The notes beneath the pieces were generated by a model. It saw only the letters and a list, made by a program, of their open reading frames with translations. It ran no database searches and had not been told where the DNA came from. DNA of 56,947 bases, the filler included, from Platydemus manokwari (lineage: Eukaryota), in assembly GCA_037951405.1 (NCBI GenBank). It is 5 parts of 5 records of this genome, joined end to end, with 100 filler letters (N's around TTAATTAATTAA, not from the genome) between each part and the next. Parts side by side here need not be neighbours in the genome. Positions count along the whole stretch, not along the records: positions 48,131 to 56,947 come from JBBMOY011344761.1; 4 more parts are not named here. The stretch is one strand, 5' to 3'. The translations under genes were made by a program, and so were the position numbers. Of the stretch, positions 51,953-56,947 are shown piece by piece. Positions within the stretch are counted from its first letter, which is position 1, and each line of letters begins with the position of its first letter.

Positions 51953-54015
51953 TCAATGCTTATCCTCCTTCTTTTCGGAATCAGGAGAGGAATCACTCGA
52001 TGACTGATTACTTGACTCTCTTTCAGAAGCCATCTAAAATAATATGTAAATATCGTACGTCTAATAATGTAAATATTTAACCTTTTTGTATGCCATTTCA
52101 AATAATTTTAGAGATGATTGCTGTAATTCGTTAGTAGCTTGTTTTATGGTTTCTGCAGTTTCATTATCTTTGTTTGCTAAGCGTTCACGTACTTTTGTAA
52201 TCAATCCTTTAAGTTTCTCACATTCGTCACTTGGTAATTGACTTTTAAATTCTTCCATCTTGCTTTCTGTATCATGAACAATTCCTTCTGCCTGATTCAG
52301 AGCCTCGACTAAATCTCTTTTTTTCCTGTCATTTTCTGCATTTTCTTCAGCCCTTCGAATCATATTTTCAATTTCATCTTTGCTCAAGCCCCCACTAGAT
52401 TGAATTACAATTTGTTGTTCTTTTCCTGTACCTTTATCTCTTGCGGAGACATTAACTATCCCATTCGCATCAATGTCGAAAGTAACTTCTATTTGAGGTA
52501 CACCACGAGGAGCAGGAGGAATGCCAACGAGTGAAAACTGACCTAATATTTTGTTATCAGCAGCCATTTCTCTCTCACCTTGATGAACTTTAATTTCAAC
52601 TTGTGTCTGCCCGTCCGCTGCTGTAGAGAAAACTTGTGATTTTTTCGTTGGAATAGTTGTATTCCTATTGATTAACTTGGTAAATACCCCACCTAATGTC
52701 TCTATTCCCAACGAAAGGGGAGTAACATCAAGAAGTAACACATCGGTAACATCACCAGCTAAGACACCACCCTGAATAGCAGCTCCCATTGCAACTGCTT
52801 CATCTGGATTCACACTTTTGCTAGGTACACGTCCGAACAATTTTTGAACTGTTTCCTGAACTTTAGGCATTCTTGTCATGCCACCAACGAGAAGTACTTC
52901 TTTTATTTCTGAAGGTTTGACTTCTGCGTCTTTGATAGCTTTTTCACATGGCTCAACAGTCCTTTTAATTAAATGTTCAACCAACTGTTCTAGTTTTGAT
53001 CTAGTGAGCTTTAAATGTAAATGCTTGGGACCTGTGTTATCCATTGTTAAATATGGCAAATTAACATCCGTTTGAATTGCACTGGATAATTCAATCTTAG
53101 CTTTTTCTGCAGCTTCTCTAACTCTTTGTAATGCCATTGGATCTTTATTAACATCCACACCTTGCTCTTTTTTAAACTCATTAACTATATACTGTAACAA
53201 AACATTATCAAAATCTTCACCCCCCAAAAATGTATCTCCACTAGTCGATTTTACTTCAAAAACGCCCTTTTGAATTTCTAAAACTGAAACATCAAAAGTA
53301 CCTCCACCCAAATCAAATACGGCAATAATTTTATCTTCTGCTTTATCCATGCCATATGCCAGAGCAGCAGCAGTAGGCTCATTAATGACTCTGAGAACAT
53401 TAAGCCCAGCTATTTGACCAGCATCTTTTGTTGCCTGTCTTTGTGAATCATTAAAATATGCGGGAACTGTTACAACAGCATTCTTAACTCCTGTCCCTAA
53501 ATAATTTTCAGCTGTCTCCTTCATTTTCATTAATACAAATGCCCCAATTTGACTAGGTGAATACATGTTCTTTTGTGCTTCTACCCAAGCGTCACCATTT
53601 GAAGCTTTGACAATTTTATAAGATACGTTTTTCATGTCCTTCTGGACTTCTGGCTCGTCAAATTTTCTGCCAATTAACCTTTTTGTTGCATGAAGAGTAT
53701 TTGCCGAATTTATAACAGCTTGTCGTTTTGCAGGTGCACCAACTAATCGTTCACCATCGTTTGTGAAAGCTACTACTGATGGTGTTGTTCTTGCACCTTC
53801 TGCATTTTCTAAAACTTTTGGAGTCTTACCATCCATAACTGACACGCACGAATTAGTAGTTCCCAAATCAATTCCAATGACATGGCCCTTAACTTTATCA
53901 CCATACAACCTAATATTCTTAAAAATAATACTAATTTATAAATATCTATGTAATAATATATTACCTTTGAATAATTAATTAATCCATTTTGAGTTAATTT
54001 CATCATTTTTAACAT
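51953..54015 (-). CDS. HSPA9: Mitochondrial Hsp70 (mortalin/GRP75), 655 aa; exons 54015-53965, 53917-52082, 52033-51953
   Basis: [27 protein letters not shown] and KLFEMAYKK|MASERE. GT-AG introns of 47 nt (53964-53918) and 48 nt (52081-52034) restore a presequence [17 protein letters not shown]|NIRLY and the animal-type C-terminus. Confidence 0.97.
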
Positions 54016-55149
54016 GATTCTAGAAATGTGAAATACTAAAGGTTTAAACAAATGAATAAATAATATGATAATCACTATGCATAAATTACCAATAAAATTT
54101 CAAAACGTAAAAAAATGTAATATTTCTTAGTTTAAAGATAAGAAAATTACCGTTAAATAATCGAAATTTAAATTATCAATAAGAATTTTAAAATTTATTT
54201 AATTTGATCTAATTATAAAAAGTTATGAGGTAACACTTAAATTTAATTTTGATTTTAACTTAAATGAATAAAACATAATTTAAGATCTTTGAGTACAATT
54301 TGTATTTTTAACTTATCAAAATGTCTACTTTTAACGATTAGAGAGCCAAAAATTATGTTTTAAATTGTTATTTGTCTTCAACAATAAAATTGACTAGCAA
54401 ATCGATTAAAAAATAATTGTTCATAAATAATTATGTAATCTAGAAGATTATTAATTAAATAATATGAACGAATGCTTGCAAGTTGTGTAATGTAAAAACT
54501 AAAATTGCACTTAAACTTCTTTTTGAAAGGGTTAATCGAAATTAAATAAATGATGGTTCTAAAGGTGGTGTTAACTATGTGGTATGGGACACGAAAATTG
54601 GCATGAAACCAAATCCAAAACCAGCCAAGGTAAGTGGATTCGAACTCCTGACAAAATTGATTTTGTGATTTGTGATAACTATCTCTAAATTTTGATTTGC
54701 TTCTAATTTGTGACAATTATTGAGTTCAATTGAGAAAATATATATTTGTTGATTTACCAATTTATATGTGCCACTGGGGATTTACAAATTTAGCTTTCGC
54801 AAAATCAAGTGATTAGTTTAATAATTCTATTTGGAGTAGGAACAGAAATAACTACAAACCATTAAACTTTATCGGTATGAAGGCACCATTTAAAAGGCTG
54901 TTGTGTGAGCATGTTATTAAAATATATTATATCTTAAACTTTATATCAGCACAAAGGCGGTTTTTTATCTAAACTATGTTTTTATTGAAAACCTTTTTAA
55001 CTCAAATTTTAATTTATAGTTTGTTGTAGTAATCGTGTGATTTAATATTACTTAATCTAAAGCTTAATTGCACAGCAAGAGAGAATTTTTGCATTTTTGG
55101 ATAGCAGTAGCGTTTCATAATTCAAATAAAAGTTTTTGAATTCAATGAA

Positions 55150-56800
55150 GAAAACTTCATTTTTGGTACAAAACTATCAAATCAGAACCGGAAGCCGATC
55201 AAACTCCACTCCTTCCCATGAAACTGCCATCAAATTCCAACCAACGATCAATCGAACTTTATTTTTTGTCAATGGAATTTACATATTATTATTTTTTGGA
55301 ATTTAATTTACGTATTTTATTTACTGTCATTATTCCTTTTCTTTTATATTTTTGAAAACCAATAGACAAAAGCTTGCTAAAAGAAATATATTTAAATTTC
55401 GTTCGCAATTCAGCTCTAACTTGGGTTCCATTTCACTGAATTTTATGTCGAAATCCGACTACTTGATTTTTTGGCCTATATCTTGGAGTAACTTTTACGC
55501 TGTACTTCTAGACCAAATTCCTCTAATTTTTATTTATTGACCATTGTCATCGTTCAAGCCCCGTTAATTATTATTATCCCCTTTTTCATATACACTTTAA
55601 AATCAAATATAATTTATACGACTACTACTAAAAATAGCATTGGTGGCTATTATGTTTAATAATAATAACAAAAATACCTATTATAGTATAACTGTATTTG
55701 TTTCAACATAATCTCTTGAAACTCTCTCCGGAGATTTCAGCTCGCGGCTTTCAATTCTTACAGTTTCTTTTCATGGTTTTCGATTTTCAACTCAGTATCT
55801 TGCATTGGTGTTTTGAACTCTTCTGGCTTCCTTTAAAAATCGCACTTGATTGCCTTTGGTATGGGCTTGCCTGTGTACAGTCACATCTCTTTCCAAAACT
55901 GACGATGGTCCTCATTGATGTCCTCCCTCTGAACATCAGTTCGACAAAGATTATAGTTATATTCCTTTCTTCTTTTCTTTTTCCTCTCTGTTTTTGGAAA
56001 TATCGAATATCATTTGATTCATGATTATATAGTGAAACTTACTTCTTTTTCATTTTCTTTGGTTTATCAAAGCAAAACTGTTTATCGCCCTAACAATCCC
56101 TAACCAAGTTATGTCGTTCTAATGATTTCTGAGTGAATTAAACATATAATATCTCTACCTTATTTTATGGTCATTGTCTTTTTTATCGTAATCTGCTTAA
56201 TAATGCTTTTGATTATATTTAATTTTTCATTTAAATCTATTTCTATCTATGTTGATTTTAATCTTTCTTGCATTGAGGTCCTACAATCGGTAGTTTCCAT
56301 ATATTGAAATATATAATTTAAATTACTTGACATATTATTCTTTCTTGATTATATTTTCGAAAGAAGTGTGCTTCACTATTTTTTTGGTTATCGATTGTAT
56401 TCACCTTCAGCTATTTATTAAATAATTACAAAATACTGAAATAAGTTGATTATCATTGGTGGTAAGAGGTCGGACATTGATATCATTTTATTCATTTATT
56501 TGTTATTATTATTTTTGCCTTATCTAATTCTTATCTCTCTGATGCTTTTACTTTTGGGATAAGAATAGTCAAACTCCTATCAGACGTCTCGACCCAATTA
56601 AGACTTGGCTCCAACCAAAATCCTGCTATTCTTTTATCTATGATCTCATTATTTCTAGAGTTTAAGATGCATTACAGTAATTTAACGTGGTTTAATCTAG
56701 CACCGCCTTCTATCTTCCTCTTTGCCAGTAAATTAGGATTTCAAGATACAGAGTTGGATGGTGACACATTTCAAAATAAAAATAAACATAAAGTGCCTTG
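55150..56800. repeat. Decayed retroelement-like sequence
   Basis: Shares short blocks with 33000-34400 and shows strong strand asymmetry with broken K/R/E-rich frames on the minus strand. No diagnostic domain was recognised. Confidence 0.25.
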
Positions 56801-56947
56801 AAATAGATACAGCATTGAAATAAATACATCAGGTCATAATCATACTTAATTTTCTCTAATTATGGTTGTTACAAATATTAGGCTGAGTCAAAAGTTATTC
56901 ATGTTTTTTAGTTGTTTAAAGTTTTTGTTTTACCAAATCATTTAAAC

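Noticed and set aside
52878-53978. Short plus-strand ORFs over Hsp70, and 42711-42932 over tubulin
   Set aside because: These are antisense shadows of real coding sequence.

Overview
Very AT-rich animal genomic DNA with spliceosomal introns, many only 47-60 nt, in five contigs joined by artificial 100-nt N/TTAATTAATTAA/N spacers. Host genes are a mitochondrial Hsp70 (3 exons, 655 aa), a strongly divergent alpha-tubulin (3 exons, 485 aa, catalytic Glu254 replaced by Gln), the 5' part of an APC2-like gene cut by a gap, and a 126-aa p25alpha/TPPP-like ORF. An apparently non-coding host transcript carries one SNORD46/snR63-type C/D snoRNA in each of its three introns. The rest is mostly decayed mobile DNA: several Ty3/Gypsy fragments, an R2-superfamily LINE, a mariner, a hAT derivative and a hAT MITE, plus LRR and GPCR-like pseudogene remnants. 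The most unusual item is a Gypsy element whose pol is followed by a signal-peptide ORF and then an ORF with a full-length ISG20/REX4-like DEDDh exonuclease domain. All homology calls are by-eye motif recognition; no searches were run.
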